The notes beneath the pieces are model-generated. The model was not told the DNA's origin. It saw only the letters and a list, made by a program, of their open reading frames with translations, and made no database searches. This document shows positions 36,739 to 47,133 of a stretch of DNA of 64,000 nt, in pieces. Each line of letters opens with the position of its first letter. The stretch's first letter is position 1. This stretch comes from Bacillota bacterium. Lineage in GTDB: Bacteria > Bacillota_I > Bacilli_A > RFN20 > CAG-826. The translations under genes were made by a program, and so were the position numbers. The stretch is from positions 16,221 through 80,220 of the forward strand of contig JAEWMX010000015.1 in NCBI GenBank assembly GCA_023393065.1. The letters run 5' to 3'.

Positions 36739-39348
36739 ATGAAAACAATGACCGGCAATGAAATTCGCAAGACTTGGATAAGTTTTTTTGAAGCGCGCGG
36801 GCACAAGCTCGAAAAAGGCGCTTCGCTCATTCCTTACAAGGATCCGACACTCTTGTGGATCAACTCTGGTGTCGCGGGACTTAAAAAGTATTTTGACGGG
36901 TCGGAGATGCCCCCTTCACGACGCATCGTCAACGTCCAAAAGTCAATTCGGACAAACGACATCGAAAATGTCGGATATACTGCTCGCCATCACACTTTCT
37001 TTGAGATGCTCGGCAATTTTTCAATCGGCGATTACTTTCGTCAAGAAATGCTGCCATGGGCATTTGAAATCCTGACTTCCGAGAAGTATTTCGCCATGCC
37101 TAAAGACAAATTGTATTTTACGTATTTACCGACTGATTTGGAGACGCGGGACCTGTGGCTGAAGTGCGGGGTTAGCGCCGATCACTTAATTCCTCTCGAA
37201 GACAATTTCTGGCAGATCGGCGAAGGTCCGTGCGGACCTAACACCGAAGTCTTCTTTGATCGCGGAGAAAAATACGATGTCAAGAAACAAGGTGTCAGCT
37301 TATTGGCTAATAACCTCGAAAACGATCGCTACATCGAAATTTGGGGCATCGTCTTTTCACAGTATAATGCCGTTGATGGCGTCAAGCGCGAAGACTATAA
37401 GGAGCTCCCTAGTAAAAATATTGATACAGGCGCGGGCCTTGAGCGCATCGCGTGCGTCCTGCAAGAGACGCCGACCAACTTTGAAACCGACTTATTCTAT
37501 CCCCTGATTCAAGAGACCGCAAAAATTGCGAGTGAACCATATCAGGACAAGAATCTGACAGCTTACCGCGTCATCGCCGATCACATTCGCACGGTCGTCT
37601 TTGCCCTCTCCGACGGCGAACCCTTCTCCAACGAAGGGCGAGGCTATGTCTTACGCCGCGTCTTGAGGCGGGCGATGCGCTTCGGCCGTAAGATCGGAAT
37701 CGACAAACCTTTCTTATTTACTTTGGTGCCAACTGTCATCGAGATCATGAAAGATTTCTATCCCGACCTCGTCAAGCGCCAAGACTATGTCGAAAGGAGC
37801 ATCAGAGCCGAAGAAGAGAAATTCTTAAAGACCCTCAAGGGTGGCGAAGCTATGCTTCGTGATATGCTGGTCAGCAAGTCGCTACTCAGTGGACAAGAAG
37901 CCTTTCGCCTCTATGATACTTTTGGCTTTCCGGTCGAATTGACTGTCGAAATCGCTCAGGAAAGCGGAGTTAAAGTCGACCTCAAAGGTTTCGAATTTGA
38001 AATGAACAAACAAAAAGAGAGAGCCCGCCAAGCCCGCAGCGATGCCGGAAGCATGGGCCAGCAGCACCAAGACTTGCTTAAATTCGTCGCAAAAAGCGAT
38101 TTTAGTTATGAAGAGGGCGATCTCGATGCTAAGGTTATCGGCCTTTTTGCAGATGGCGAGGCGGTTGAGGAGCTAAATGGCGAAGGCGAAGTCGTTTTCG
38201 ACATCACAAATTTCTATGCCGAAAGCGGTGGTCAAATCGGCGATCAAGGCACTATTTATAATAATGATTGCGAAGCTCGCGTCCTCAACACGCGCAAAGC
38301 TCCAAATAAACAGCATCTGCACGAAATCAATATCAGTTACGGAACGATGCGCCTCGGTGATGAATTCAGATTGCAAATCGATCATCAACGCCGTCACTTG
38401 ACGATGCGCAATCACTCAGCGACCCACCTCTTGCACAGCGTCTTGGTCAATGTGCTTGGCAGTCATATAACCCAGCAGGGATCATATGTTTCTGACGAGT
38501 ATCTCCGATTTGATTTTTCTCATTATGCCAAAATTAGCGATGAACAGATTCTGACGATCGAAAAACAAGTTAATGAACTAATTGCCGCTTCACTCAACGC
38601 GAGAGTTCGCGTCTTGCCGATCAAAGAAGCGGAAAAGACCGGCGCCAAAGCCTTTTTCAGTGAAAAATACGGCGATGAGGTACGCGTAGTCGCCTTTGGT
38701 GATATATCGCAGGAATTCTGCGGTGGAACTCATGTTCACAATAGCGAGGAGATTGGTCTCTTCGTCATCGAATCCGAAGAGTCAATCGCCGCTGGCGTGC
38801 GACGCATTCAAGCTCGTACTTCAATCGGAGCCTACCACCTTTTAAAGCGTCGCGAAAACATATTGCATAAGGCACAAGTCCTTGTTGGAGCCGGTTCGAT
38901 TTACGAAGTCGACGACCGTCTCAAAGCGATTCTTAATCACGAACAAGATTTAAGGCGAGAAAATGAAAAACTAACAGAAAAAATCGTCAGCATCACCTCC
39001 GAATCCCTCCGTCACTCAGCGTCGGTTTTTGGAGGCTATCACATCATCTTCAAACACTTACCCGGATTAGCGCGCGACGTTCTCACCAAAGTCGGCGACA
39101 ACCTCAAAGTCCATTACCAGGATTATGTCATCGTCTTAGCGGGAGGCGGTCAAGATAACATCGCTCTCGTCGCTTTTGTCGGCGGCCAAGCTTTGAAAGA
39201 TGGCATCAAAGCCGGAGACATCATCAAAGAAGTGAGCAAACAAGTCGGCGGCTCGGGTGGTGGACGTCCGGAGATGGCGCAGGGACAAGGCAGGAATTTA
39301 AGCGCTTTGCATGGAGCTTTTGATTATATCAAAGAAAGTCTCAAATGA
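36739..39348 (+). CDS. alaS: alanine--tRNA ligase
   Basis: 869 aa from ATG 36739 (RBS AGAGG). Class II motifs, editing-domain HSATHLL and CGGTH, C-terminal DHHA1 GGSGGGRPEMAQG. The track start at 36679 would read through the T-box terminator. Confidence 0.97.
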   Translation: MKTMTGNEIRKTWISFFEARGHKLEKGASLIPYKDPTLLWINSGVAGLKKYFDGSEMPPSRRIVNVQKSIRTNDIENVGYTARHHTFFEMLGNFSIGDYFRQEMLPWAFEILTSEKYFAMPKDKLYFTYLPTDLETRDLWLKCGVSADHLIPLEDNFWQIGEGPCGPNTEVFFDRGEKYDVKKQGVSLLANNLENDRYIEIWGIVFSQYNAVDGVKREDYKELPSKNIDTGAGLERIACVLQETPTNFETDLFYPLIQETAKIASEPYQDKNLTAYRVIADHIRTVVFALSDGEPFSNEGRGYVLRRVLRRAMRFGRKIGIDKPFLFTLVPTVIEIMKDFYPDLVKRQDYVERSIRAEEEKFLKTLKGGEAMLRDMLVSKSLLSGQEAFRLYDTFGFPVELTVEIAQESGVKVDLKGFEFEMNKQKERARQARSDAGSMGQQHQDLLKFVAKSDFSYEEGDLDAKVIGLFADGEAVEELNGEGEVVFDITNFYAESGGQIGDQGTIYNNDCEARVLNTRKAPNKQHLHEINISYGTMRLGDEFRLQIDHQRRHLTMRNHSATHLLHSVLVNVLGSHITQQGSYVSDEYLRFDFSHYAKISDEQILTIEKQVNELIAASLNARVRVLPIKEAEKTGAKAFFSEKYGDEVRVVAFGDISQEFCGGTHVHNSEEIGLFVIESEESIAAGVRRIQARTSIGAYHLLKRRENILHKAQVLVGAGSIYEVDDRLKAILNHEQDLRRENEKLTEKIVSITSESLRHSASVFGGYHIIFKHLPGLARDVLTKVGDNLKVHYQDYVIVLAGGGQDNIALVAFVGGQALKDGIKAGDIIKEVSKQVGGSGGGRPEMAQGQGRNLSALHGAFDYIKESLK

Positions 39349-39797
39349 AGAAGATTATCGCTTTAGATCTCGGCACTAAAACCCTTGGCATCGCGATTAC
39401 CGACGGTCTTTTAATCGCCGCGCACGGCTATGAAAATTTCGCTTTTGAAGAAGGCAATTATAAAAAAGCCCGACAGCACATCTTAGATATATTAGATAAA
39501 GAAGGTGTCGAAGAGCTTGCGATCGGCCTTCCTCTTCACATGTCGGGAGCGACCTCGGCGCGCTCCGAATCGGCGCTGCGCTTTCGCGACGACCTGCTGA
39601 GCGAGCGCCCTGCTCTCAAGATTGCGATGGTCGATGAGCGAATGACGAGCATCATCGCCAACAAGCGCCTGTTAGAAGCCGATTTATCAAGAAGCAAACG
39701 CAAGGCGGTCATCGACAAGATGTCGGCCGTCGTCATACTCGAATCATATTTGCAAATGAGGGACCAACCATGGATGAACAAGACAAAAAACTCGTAA
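39345..39797 (+). CDS. ruvX: Holliday-junction resolvase-like / pre-16S rRNA nuclease YqgF (RuvX)
   Basis: IIALDLGTKTLGIAITD N-terminus. Conserved position after alaS. 4-nt overlap with alaS. Confidence 0.88.
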   Translation: MKKIIALDLGTKTLGIAITDGLLIAAHGYENFAFEEGNYKKARQHILDILDKEGVEELAIGLPLHMSGATSARSESALRFRDDLLSERPALKIAMVDERMTSIIANKRLLEADLSRSKRKAVIDKMSAVVILESYLQMRDQPWMNKTKNS

Positions 39798-40027
39798 TTG
39801 AAGACGAAGACGGCAAGCGCTATGAGCGCGAGATTCTCTTCACCTACCAAAATCCGGAAAACCACAAAAAATACGTCTTCTTTTTCGATCCCAAAGCTAA
39901 AGATGACGAAGTCCAGGTTTTGCGCTATGCCGACGATGGCACGCTCGAAGAAGTCGATAGCGACGAAGAATATCAAGAATTAGAGGAAGTCTTTAATTCT
40001 TATCAAGCCGACGAAGAAGAAAAATAG
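39770..40027 (+). CDS. DUF1292-family protein (YrzB-like)
   Basis: 85 aa, acidic. DEDGKRYEREILFTY...KKYVFF pattern. Conserved position after ruvX. Confidence 0.8.
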   Translation: MDEQDKKLVIEDEDGKRYEREILFTYQNPENHKKYVFFFDPKAKDDEVQVLRYADDGTLEEVDSDEEYQELEEVFNSYQADEEEK

Positions 40028-40137
40028 TTGCATTATTTTGATGATTCTATTTATATAGAAAAGCAGCGTAATTTTTATTGTAGCAATCTACTGATGATGT
40101 TGTTATAATCTAATTCGCTGAAAAAGAGGAAACAATT

Positions 40138-40614
40138 ATGGTAGACAACAAACTCATTTTGACCAAAGATGGCGTCAAGAAGCTCAAAGAAGAACTCCGC
40201 CACCTCATCGACGTTGAACGCCCTGAAGTCATCGAACAGCTGACTTTTGCCCGCTCGCAAGGTGATTTAAGTGAAAACGCCGACTACGATGCGGCTCGCA
40301 GCCGTCAGTCCGAAGTCGAAGGACGCATCAAACAAATCGAAGATATTTTAGCGACCGCTAAGATTATCGAAGATAAGCCGAAAAACACAAAATGCGTGAC
40401 GATTGGCTCCAAAGTTCATATTCGCGACTTAGGTCTAAATGTCGAAAAAGCCTATACGATCGTCGGCACCGTCGAAGCTGATCCCTTCGCTAATCGCATC
40501 TCCAATGATTCGCTTTTGGGAAGCGCCCTCGTCGGCAAGCAAGTCGGCGACATGGTCACCGTCAAGACGGCTCGCCCTTACGAAGTTGAAATTCTTCGCA
40601 TTGAAAACGCCTAA
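40138..40614 (+). CDS. greA: transcription elongation factor GreA
   Basis: 158 aa. LTKDGVKKLKEELRHL, ARSQGDLSENADYDAA motifs. RBS AAGAGGAAA. Confidence 0.95.
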   Translation: MVDNKLILTKDGVKKLKEELRHLIDVERPEVIEQLTFARSQGDLSENADYDAARSRQSEVEGRIKQIEDILATAKIIEDKPKNTKCVTIGSKVHIRDLGLNVEKAYTIVGTVEADPFANRISNDSLLGSALVGKQVGDMVTVKTARPYEVEILRIENA

Positions 40615-40638
40615 TAAGAACACTTACAAGCAATGAAG

Positions 40639-40661
40639 CGGAAGGAAACTTCCGTTTTTTT
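40639..40661 (+). terminator. intrinsic terminator after greA
   Basis: CGGAAG-GAAA-CTTCCG followed by TTTTTTTG. Confidence 0.75.
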
Positions 40662-40715
40662 GTTTGTTTGCATATCTAATGACTTCCGCCCTTATAAATC
40701 GGTAGGAGGATTTTT

Positions 40716-41243
40716 ATGATCAAAATCATTATTGGCGTCATCGTCGCCGCGATCATCTTAATTGTCATCTTACAAAGCATCGACCCCGATGTCGGTGCCA
40801 ACATCACCAATACGGCCGAAGTCTATGAGATGCTAACCGTTTCCGTTTCGGGAGAAATCGTTAAACCCGGCACCTACATCCTCGAGCTCGATACGACGCT
40901 TGCCGATCTCGTCGAAGCGGCTTCGGGCGTGACGAGCAACGCTGATGAATTGGCTTTCGATTTAAGTTACTTGCTCGAGAATAACCAATCTTTTTACATC
41001 GCTCCGAAATACGATATGAGCGATGTGTGCGCGATCGAGCCAATTAACAAAGTTAATATTAACGCAGACAGCAAAGAAACGCTGATGACTGTCAACGGTT
41101 TTGGCTCAGCCATTTCCGACGCCGTCATCGCCTACCGCGCCGATCGCGAATTCAAGCGCATCGAAGATATCAAAAATGTCTCGGGCATCGGTAACGCCAC
41201 CTTCGAAAAAATCAAAAACTACATAACGATTCGCTCGTCATGA
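40716..41243 (+). CDS. comEA: competence protein ComEA (DNA receptor)
   Basis: N-terminal TM helix, SLBB-like region (VSVSGEIVKPGTYIL), C-terminal helix-hairpin-helix (NINADSKETLMTVNGFG...IKNVSGIGNATFEKI). Confidence 0.8.
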   Translation: MIKIIIGVIVAAIILIVILQSIDPDVGANITNTAEVYEMLTVSVSGEIVKPGTYILELDTTLADLVEAASGVTSNADELAFDLSYLLENNQSFYIAPKYDMSDVCAIEPINKVNINADSKETLMTVNGFGSAISDAVIAYRADREFKRIEDIKNVSGIGNATFEKIKNYITIRSS

Positions 41244-43258
41244 TCGCGTTTCTTCTTATGGCGAGTCTTGTGCTCGGACTATGGCTGGTAAAACTACCTT
41301 GGCTAGCGTCCTCGCTCCTCGTGTTGCTCGCTGGTGCGTTTGCTATTCATCGCTTTAGAAAGCGAGGTCTGATCGTCCTCATAACCTGCCTCGCCATCGG
41401 TTGGGCAATTACGAATCTCGATTCCATATCTCCTAAAGAGACCGAAACATATCGCGGATTTGTCGTTTCGAGCAAAGAGAATTATTTTATCTTGCAAAGC
41501 GGCATTCACAAGTTTTATGTCCAAGAAAGAGAAAACGACCGCGAATTGGGTGATGTTCTTGAAATCGCCGGTGATTTACAGGAGATATCATTTGCGACAT
41601 ACGAAAGCCAATTTGACTTCAATTCATATCTTAAAGACAAAGGCGTTTTCTACGAATTAAAGTCGCATAATATCACAGTTGTCTTCGCTAATCCGCTCCG
41701 TATAAACAAGCGGAAAGACGAATTCTTAAAGCCCTTTGACGAGACGAGTCGCAACGCCATTGACGCCCTCCTTTTTTCTCGGCGAAATTACGATGCCGAA
41801 ATCGTCAAAAGCGCCTCGTCGATGAACATCGTATTTCTCTTTTCGATGTGCGGTGTCTACCTGCGCTTATTGATGGTGGCTCTCGAGTATTTCTTAAGGC
41901 TTAAATTATCAGATAAAGTCGCGCGCATCGCAACTTTTGTTTTTGCCATGCCCTTCTATCTCTTGAGTTTTGAAAAGTTGGCTATTCACCGCCTTATATT
42001 TTGTTATGGCGGTCGCCTAGTCAACGATTTTTTTCTTAGTAAGAAAATATCGTATTTATCGCTCATTTCGATTGTTGGAATCATTTTTATTGCAATTGAT
42101 TTTCACAACGCCTATCAGATGGCTTATCTTCTCGGTTTTGGCCTCTCGATTCTCATTATTTTTCTTCGAACCGCACTCCGCGTATTTCATCGTAAAACAA
42201 GAAGCTTGATGATGGGAATTTTTATCTTCGCATTTCTCATCCCCATCCACTTAGGACTGAGTTATGAATTGCATCTTTTCCAAATCGTCATTCAATATGT
42301 CACCATGCCGCTTAACACCGTTTTCTTTTTTGTGTCGGCCTTTTCTTTTTTCACGTGGCCGATGGTCAATGTCTTATCGTTTATGGCCAATATTTTAACA
42401 TCAACATACGCGCTTCTAAGCAAAATCGATATCGTCCTCATCGTCGGCGAACCAAACCTCATCTTCTATTTTCTTTACTACGGATTGTATTTTTATCTTC
42501 CTTACCTTCTTGAAAGCTCTCGCAAAAGGGATGCGAAAAATGTGGCGGTCATCCTCGCTTCGGGCCTCGTCTTTTCCGCGATACCGGTTCAAAATTATGT
42601 CCAGCAAGCTATCCATTTCATCAATGTCGGACAAGGCGATGCCATTTTGATACAGTCACACGGCCACAATGCTTTAATTGATACGGGCGGTAGTTTGCTT
42701 TTCGACATGGCTGAAGAAACGCTAATTCCTTTCTTTAAAATGAAAGAAATATATAAGCTTGACTATTTAATCACGACTCACGATGACTTTGATCACAGCG
42801 GCGCGGCCACCTCGCTCATCGCTAATTTTCGCGTTGAGCAGACAATCGATAAGGCAACTTCTTTTCCGCTTTCGCTCGGCGATCTCGTCATCGAAAATCT
42901 CAACAGCATTTATGGGAGTGATGCAAACGACAATTCCTTAGTTCTTACCTTCTTGCTTTTAAATAAAAGATGGCTCTTGATGGGAGATGCTTCAAAAGCG
43001 GTGGAAGAAAGGCTAATCGAGAAATTTCCAAATCTCGACACCGATTACTTAAAGATCGGTCATCACGGCTCTAATTCATCGACAGGCGAAAAGTTTATCA
43101 GAAAGGTTTCCCCAAGCGAGGCCATCATCTCGGTCGGGCGACATAATTACTACGGTCACCCGCATCAAGAAGTTATCGCTTTGCTCAACCGTTACGGGGT
43201 GAGGATAAGACGCACGGACCTCGAAGGCACGATTTCATACTCATCGGCTCTGTTTTGA
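41240..43258 (+). CDS. comEC: DNA internalization competence protein ComEC/Rec2
   Basis: 672 aa. Polytopic membrane core plus a C-terminal metallo-beta-lactamase domain (FINVGQGDAILIQ; TTHDDFDHSGA; KIGHHGS). Overlaps comEA by 4 nt. Confidence 0.88.
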   Translation: MIAFLLMASLVLGLWLVKLPWLASSLLVLLAGAFAIHRFRKRGLIVLITCLAIGWAITNLDSISPKETETYRGFVVSSKENYFILQSGIHKFYVQERENDRELGDVLEIAGDLQEISFATYESQFDFNSYLKDKGVFYELKSHNITVVFANPLRINKRKDEFLKPFDETSRNAIDALLFSRRNYDAEIVKSASSMNIVFLFSMCGVYLRLLMVALEYFLRLKLSDKVARIATFVFAMPFYLLSFEKLAIHRLIFCYGGRLVNDFFLSKKISYLSLISIVGIIFIAIDFHNAYQMAYLLGFGLSILIIFLRTALRVFHRKTRSLMMGIFIFAFLIPIHLGLSYELHLFQIVIQYVTMPLNTVFFFVSAFSFFTWPMVNVLSFMANILTSTYALLSKIDIVLIVGEPNLIFYFLYYGLYFYLPYLLESSRKRDAKNVAVILASGLVFSAIPVQNYVQQAIHFINVGQGDAILIQSHGHNALIDTGGSLLFDMAEETLIPFFKMKEIYKLDYLITTHDDFDHSGAATSLIANFRVEQTIDKATSFPLSLGDLVIENLNSIYGSDANDNSLVLTFLLLNKRWLLMGDASKAVEERLIEKFPNLDTDYLKIGHHGSNSSTGEKFIRKVSPSEAIISVGRHNYYGHPHQEVIALLNRYGVRIRRTDLEGTISYSSALF

Positions 43259-44238
43259 TATATAATCAAATTACGATGATTTTTCTTATCGCCGGCTCGC
43301 AGACGCCAATTCTAAAAAAACAGTTAAGCCGCCTGCTCGATGAGCGCCTTTTAACTGTTGATGACTTCAACTGTTCGCGCCTTGATGGACGCGATGTTTT
43401 AGCTCAAGATATCGCCTATGAAGCGAGCGCGCTGCCAATCGGGGCGACTCGCAAAGCCGTCGTCATCGAAAATCCCTATTTTCTCTTGAAAGAAAAAGGC
43501 AAGAACAAGATCGACAAAGATCAAAAGTATCAACCCCTTATTGAGATAATTAAAGAGCCAAGCGAAGACATCGACCTCGTCTTCGTCTTAGACAGCGCTG
43601 ATTTCGATGAGAAAAGCGAAGTCCTCAAAGCCATTCGCCAGCACGGCGAGATGACGATTATCCCCGAGCTAGACGCCAGCAAGTGGTTTGAATATGGAAA
43701 ATCGTATTTTCGCGCTCAGAAATCTAGCATCGATAATGATGCTCTGCGCGAACTCATCGAACGTGTCAACGGCGACTTAAACACATTTATTAATGAATCC
43801 AACAAGCTGATGCTATATAAGAATCACATCAATCTCATCGATGTGACGCTGATGGTCGCTAAACCCCTTGAAAATAATATTTTCGCCATGACAAAGGCTT
43901 TATTTCGCGGCGACAAAGCGGCGGCCTTAGACATCTTTTCTGATCTTCGCACGAACAATGTCGAACCGATCACCCTCGTGTCGATGCTCGCCAATCAATT
44001 TCGCTTGATGAGCCAAATTCGCTATCTCGAATCCCAAGGTCATTCTTTAGCGAGTATCGCCAAGGAGCTCCAAATGCCGGATTTTCGCATTCGCATGTCC
44101 CTTCAGGATTCTAAAAAACTATCTCGCTACGCTATTACCCGCAGCCTTGATACTTTGTATCAATTGGATTTCAATATAAAAAGCGGTCTCGTCGACCGCT
44201 TTTATGCTTTTGAACTTTTTATCCTTAATTTTGCTTAA
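43255..44238 (+). CDS. holA: DNA polymerase III subunit delta
   Basis: 327 aa. Conserved comEC-holA / rpsT synteny and delta-like N-terminus (IFLIAGSQTPILKKQ). Alternative start ATG 43276. Confidence 0.8.
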   Translation: MIYNQITMIFLIAGSQTPILKKQLSRLLDERLLTVDDFNCSRLDGRDVLAQDIAYEASALPIGATRKAVVIENPYFLLKEKGKNKIDKDQKYQPLIEIIKEPSEDIDLVFVLDSADFDEKSEVLKAIRQHGEMTIIPELDASKWFEYGKSYFRAQKSSIDNDALRELIERVNGDLNTFINESNKLMLYKNHINLIDVTLMVAKPLENNIFAMTKALFRGDKAAALDIFSDLRTNNVEPITLVSMLANQFRLMSQIRYLESQGHSLASIAKELQMPDFRIRMSLQDSKKLSRYAITRSLDTLYQLDFNIKSGLVDRFYAFELFILNFA

Positions 44239-44501
44239 GCTTTTAACGCATTAAACGCTGACTGAACATGACTCTTTTGACGAGCGCCGGCATTTTTGTG
44301 AATGACCTTTTTGCTGACGGCTTGATCAATTAAAGAGATGCTCTTGGCGAGTTCTTCACTAGCTTTTGTGACATCTTTGGCGTCGACCGCGGCTTTGAAC
44401 TTCTTGACTTGAGTTCTGACTTTGCTGCGAAAAGCTTGATTGCGAATACGCGCCTTTTCGTTCGTGCCGATGCGCTTGATTTGTGATTTAATTTGTGCCA
44501 T
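44235..44501 (-). CDS. rpsT: 30S ribosomal protein S20
   Basis: 88 aa. MAQIKSQIKRIGTNEKARIRNQAFRSKVRT is typical of S20. Its stop overlaps the holA stop (convergent). Confidence 0.93.
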   Translation of the reverse strand: MAQIKSQIKRIGTNEKARIRNQAFRSKVRTQVKKFKAAVDAKDVTKASEELAKSISLIDQAVSKKVIHKNAGARQKSHVQSAFNALKA

Positions 44502-44564
44502 TTTATTTCCTCTTAACCTTTAAAACTATATCAAATAGATTTTGCGAAGACAATATAAATATTG

Positions 44565-46571
44565 TTATTTGCTCTTTTTGCCGCGGTATGTCAAGACCAT
44601 CTCCGCGAAGTCGTTGACGCAGACGAGCAAGCCATATTTCTCCTCAGCGATTTTGATGCCAAAGCAATCTTCGATTTCACCGACGAGTTGAACATAACTC
44701 ATCGAGTCTCCGCCTAACTCATTGACCCAATGCTCGCTGTCTCCGACTTTGAATGTCGGAAGGAGGAGGACCTTAGAGAAAATTTCGCGGACCGATTTGA
44801 CGATTGGTTCGACGACGCTCGATTCAAAACCCTCGAAGGATTTGACGGTTTTCTTCTCATTCATGTCGAAGAAGAATTCCGGTTTTTGTTTTAACAAGTC
44901 TTTGACTTGAAAACGGCGAACTTTTAGATTGTTCGAGATCGGTAGTTTATCCTTGATGACGAAGACGTCTTGGACGCGCTTTTCGTTTGATAAGCCGACA
45001 TTAATCTCTTGCACTTTGTCTTTTAACAGTCCGAATTCTTCTGTCGAGATTTCGTTATCGACTTCGAGAATCAAGGTGATCGTCTCGTCTGACGATTTGC
45101 CTTTGCGAATGCCGACGACACACGTGTTGCTGACATGGGGAATCGATTTGAAGTACGATTCGATTTCATCGGGGTAGACATTTTCGCCGTTGGCATTGAT
45201 GATGATGTCTTTGATGCGGCCCTTGACATAATAATTGCCGCTTCCATCGCGAAACACGATGTCGCCGCTTCTTAGAAAGCCATCTTCGAGATCGGGAGTC
45301 TTTTCGACGCCGCCGACTATTTCGCGGACGTGCGTTATATTAGATTTGATGAGCAACTCACCGAGATTGGCGCCCGTCGTCTTCTCATCGGTCGGATCAA
45401 TCTTGTAGGTGACGCCTTCGAGAGGGCGGCCGATCGAACCTTTGAGGCGATTTTCGACTTTTGGCGACAATTCGACGCTCGTGACGCCGACTTCGGTCAT
45501 GCCATAGCCGTTATATAAGGGATAGCCGATGCCGTTGATGATATTCATCGTCTTTTCGGAGATGTATCCTCCGCCGGAGATGCAGTATTTGACTTTCGAG
45601 CCAAAGACATTCTTCTGGACGGCCGCCAAAGCGATCGGCGTCGCGGCAAGACCAGCTTCAAAAGCAGATATTTTGTGTGTGTTGTAGGCGATCATGCGAT
45701 CGAGTAAAGCGGCTTTTTTCGGTCCTTCAAGGGCGACTTTGCGCACGATGTTTTGGGCGAGTGAATCCCAAAAGAGGGGCACACAGTAGATGTGGGTGGC
45801 GCTTAACCGCTGAGCCGTCGACAAGACTTCAGCTGGCGACAAACTCTTGATAAAAACAATGTTTTTGCCGAAGAATGTGTACCATAAAAAGACGGCGACA
45901 AAGCCGAAGATGTGGTGGAATGGGACAAGCGCCATAATATTGATAGGACCCGGATGCATGATCTCTTTCGTCGTTTCCGGCATGCCGTAAGCGGCATATA
46001 TTTGATGGCAGAGGTTATTGCCGTTAAAGACCATCATCTTCGCTTCGCCGGTCGTTCCGCTCGAGCAGAAGATGACTTCGTTGGCCCACGTTTCGGCAAA
46101 CTTATAGTTTGCTTCTTTCTCTTCGATTTCGCTCGTTGTATAGCGAGGGACGCTATATTCGTTAATCTCATCGCAGACGATCGCTTTCGCGTTCGCTTGC
46201 TTCAAAAGGAGATCGGTATTGGCCTTGGGCAGGCGGGCATCGATTAGCAAAACGCGGTATCCGCAACTTAAAAGGGCCCAGAACATGTGAATCCACATCG
46301 GTGAGTTTTTCATCTTGAGAGCGACGATTTCTTTTTTGGTGATGCCGGCGAGGACGATATCGAGCTTCGAGGCTAATTTAAAGGTGATAGTGCGATATGT
46401 CTCATAGTTGTAACGGACGATGCGATTTTTGTCATCGATGTACGAGATAGCCGTGTCGTTCCGGTGTTTGTCGATCGCCATTAAAAAAATATCTTGCATC
46501 GTTCTCGCGGTCTTTAACAAATCGGCTACCGAGGCAAAATATCGTTTTATTTTATTGTAATCAGAATACAT
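44565..46571 (-). CDS. AMP-dependent adenylating enzyme (FadD/FAAL-like) fused to a C-terminal phosphopantetheine carrier domain
   Basis: ANL motifs SSGTTGEAK, GYGMTE, SGDIV, GRIKDIIINANGENVYPDEIE. C-terminal carrier motif LGGDSMSYVQL (Ser623, codon at 44705-44703). Strong RBS AAAGGAG. Confidence 0.8.
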   Translation of the reverse strand: MYSDYNKIKRYFASVADLLKTARTMQDIFLMAIDKHRNDTAISYIDDKNRIVRYNYETYRTITFKLASKLDIVLAGITKKEIVALKMKNSPMWIHMFWALLSCGYRVLLIDARLPKANTDLLLKQANAKAIVCDEINEYSVPRYTTSEIEEKEANYKFAETWANEVIFCSSGTTGEAKMMVFNGNNLCHQIYAAYGMPETTKEIMHPGPINIMALVPFHHIFGFVAVFLWYTFFGKNIVFIKSLSPAEVLSTAQRLSATHIYCVPLFWDSLAQNIVRKVALEGPKKAALLDRMIAYNTHKISAFEAGLAATPIALAAVQKNVFGSKVKYCISGGGYISEKTMNIINGIGYPLYNGYGMTEVGVTSVELSPKVENRLKGSIGRPLEGVTYKIDPTDEKTTGANLGELLIKSNITHVREIVGGVEKTPDLEDGFLRSGDIVFRDGSGNYYVKGRIKDIIINANGENVYPDEIESYFKSIPHVSNTCVVGIRKGKSSDETITLILEVDNEISTEEFGLLKDKVQEINVGLSNEKRVQDVFVIKDKLPISNNLKVRRFQVKDLLKQKPEFFFDMNEKKTVKSFEGFESSVVEPIVKSVREIFSKVLLLPTFKVGDSEHWVNELGGDSMSYVQLVGEIEDCFGIKIAEEKYGLLVCVNDFAEMVLTYRGKKSK

Positions 46572-46632
46572 TGTTTATGCTCCTTTCGCATACAACACAA
46601 TCTATTCTAAAAGAATTGTAAATTAAAGTATA

Positions 46633-47133
46633 CTACTTTATGATTTTGACACCCGGCGGAACATCGGCCCGGACGACGGCATTGACACCGATTTTGGCGT
46701 TATCGCCTATTGTTATATTACCTAATACTTTGGCACCTGCGCCGATGACGACATTATTGCCAATCGTCGGATGGCGCTTGACTTTCTTTGAGGAGACGCC
46801 TCCTAAAGTGACTTGGTGATAAAGTGTTACATTGTCACCGATGATTGTCGTTTCGCCGATGACGACACCCGAGCCGTGGTCGATAAACAAATTGCGACCG
46901 ATAGTTGCGGCCGGATGAATTTCAATGCCGGTTCGGCACTTGACCAGGCACATAATCCACTCGCCGAGAAACTTGAAGTGAAGTTTAGTCCAAAACCAGT
47001 GGGCGATGCGATAGTAGCGAAGGGCGATGACCGAAGGATATAGAAAAAAGATCTGAAAATTATTTCTAGCGGCGGGATCGCGCCGCTTAATCGAAGCATA
47101 ATAGCCTTCTGGTTTTTCTTTTTTAGTCTTCAT
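46633..47133 (-). CDS. cysE: serine O-acetyltransferase (short form)
   Basis: Hexapeptide-repeat region [44 protein letters not shown] and RDPAARN motif. ATG 47133 chosen (SD-like AGGTG upstream); the track GTG 47160 is an alternative. Overlaps the cysK 3' end. Confidence 0.85.
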   Translation of the reverse strand: MKTKKEKPEGYYASIKRRDPAARNNFQIFFLYPSVIALRYYRIAHWFWTKLHFKFLGEWIMCLVKCRTGIEIHPAATIGRNLFIDHGSGVVIGETTIIGDNVTLYHQVTLGGVSSKKVKRHPTIGNNVVIGAGAKVLGNITIGDNAKIGVNAVVRADVPPGVKIIK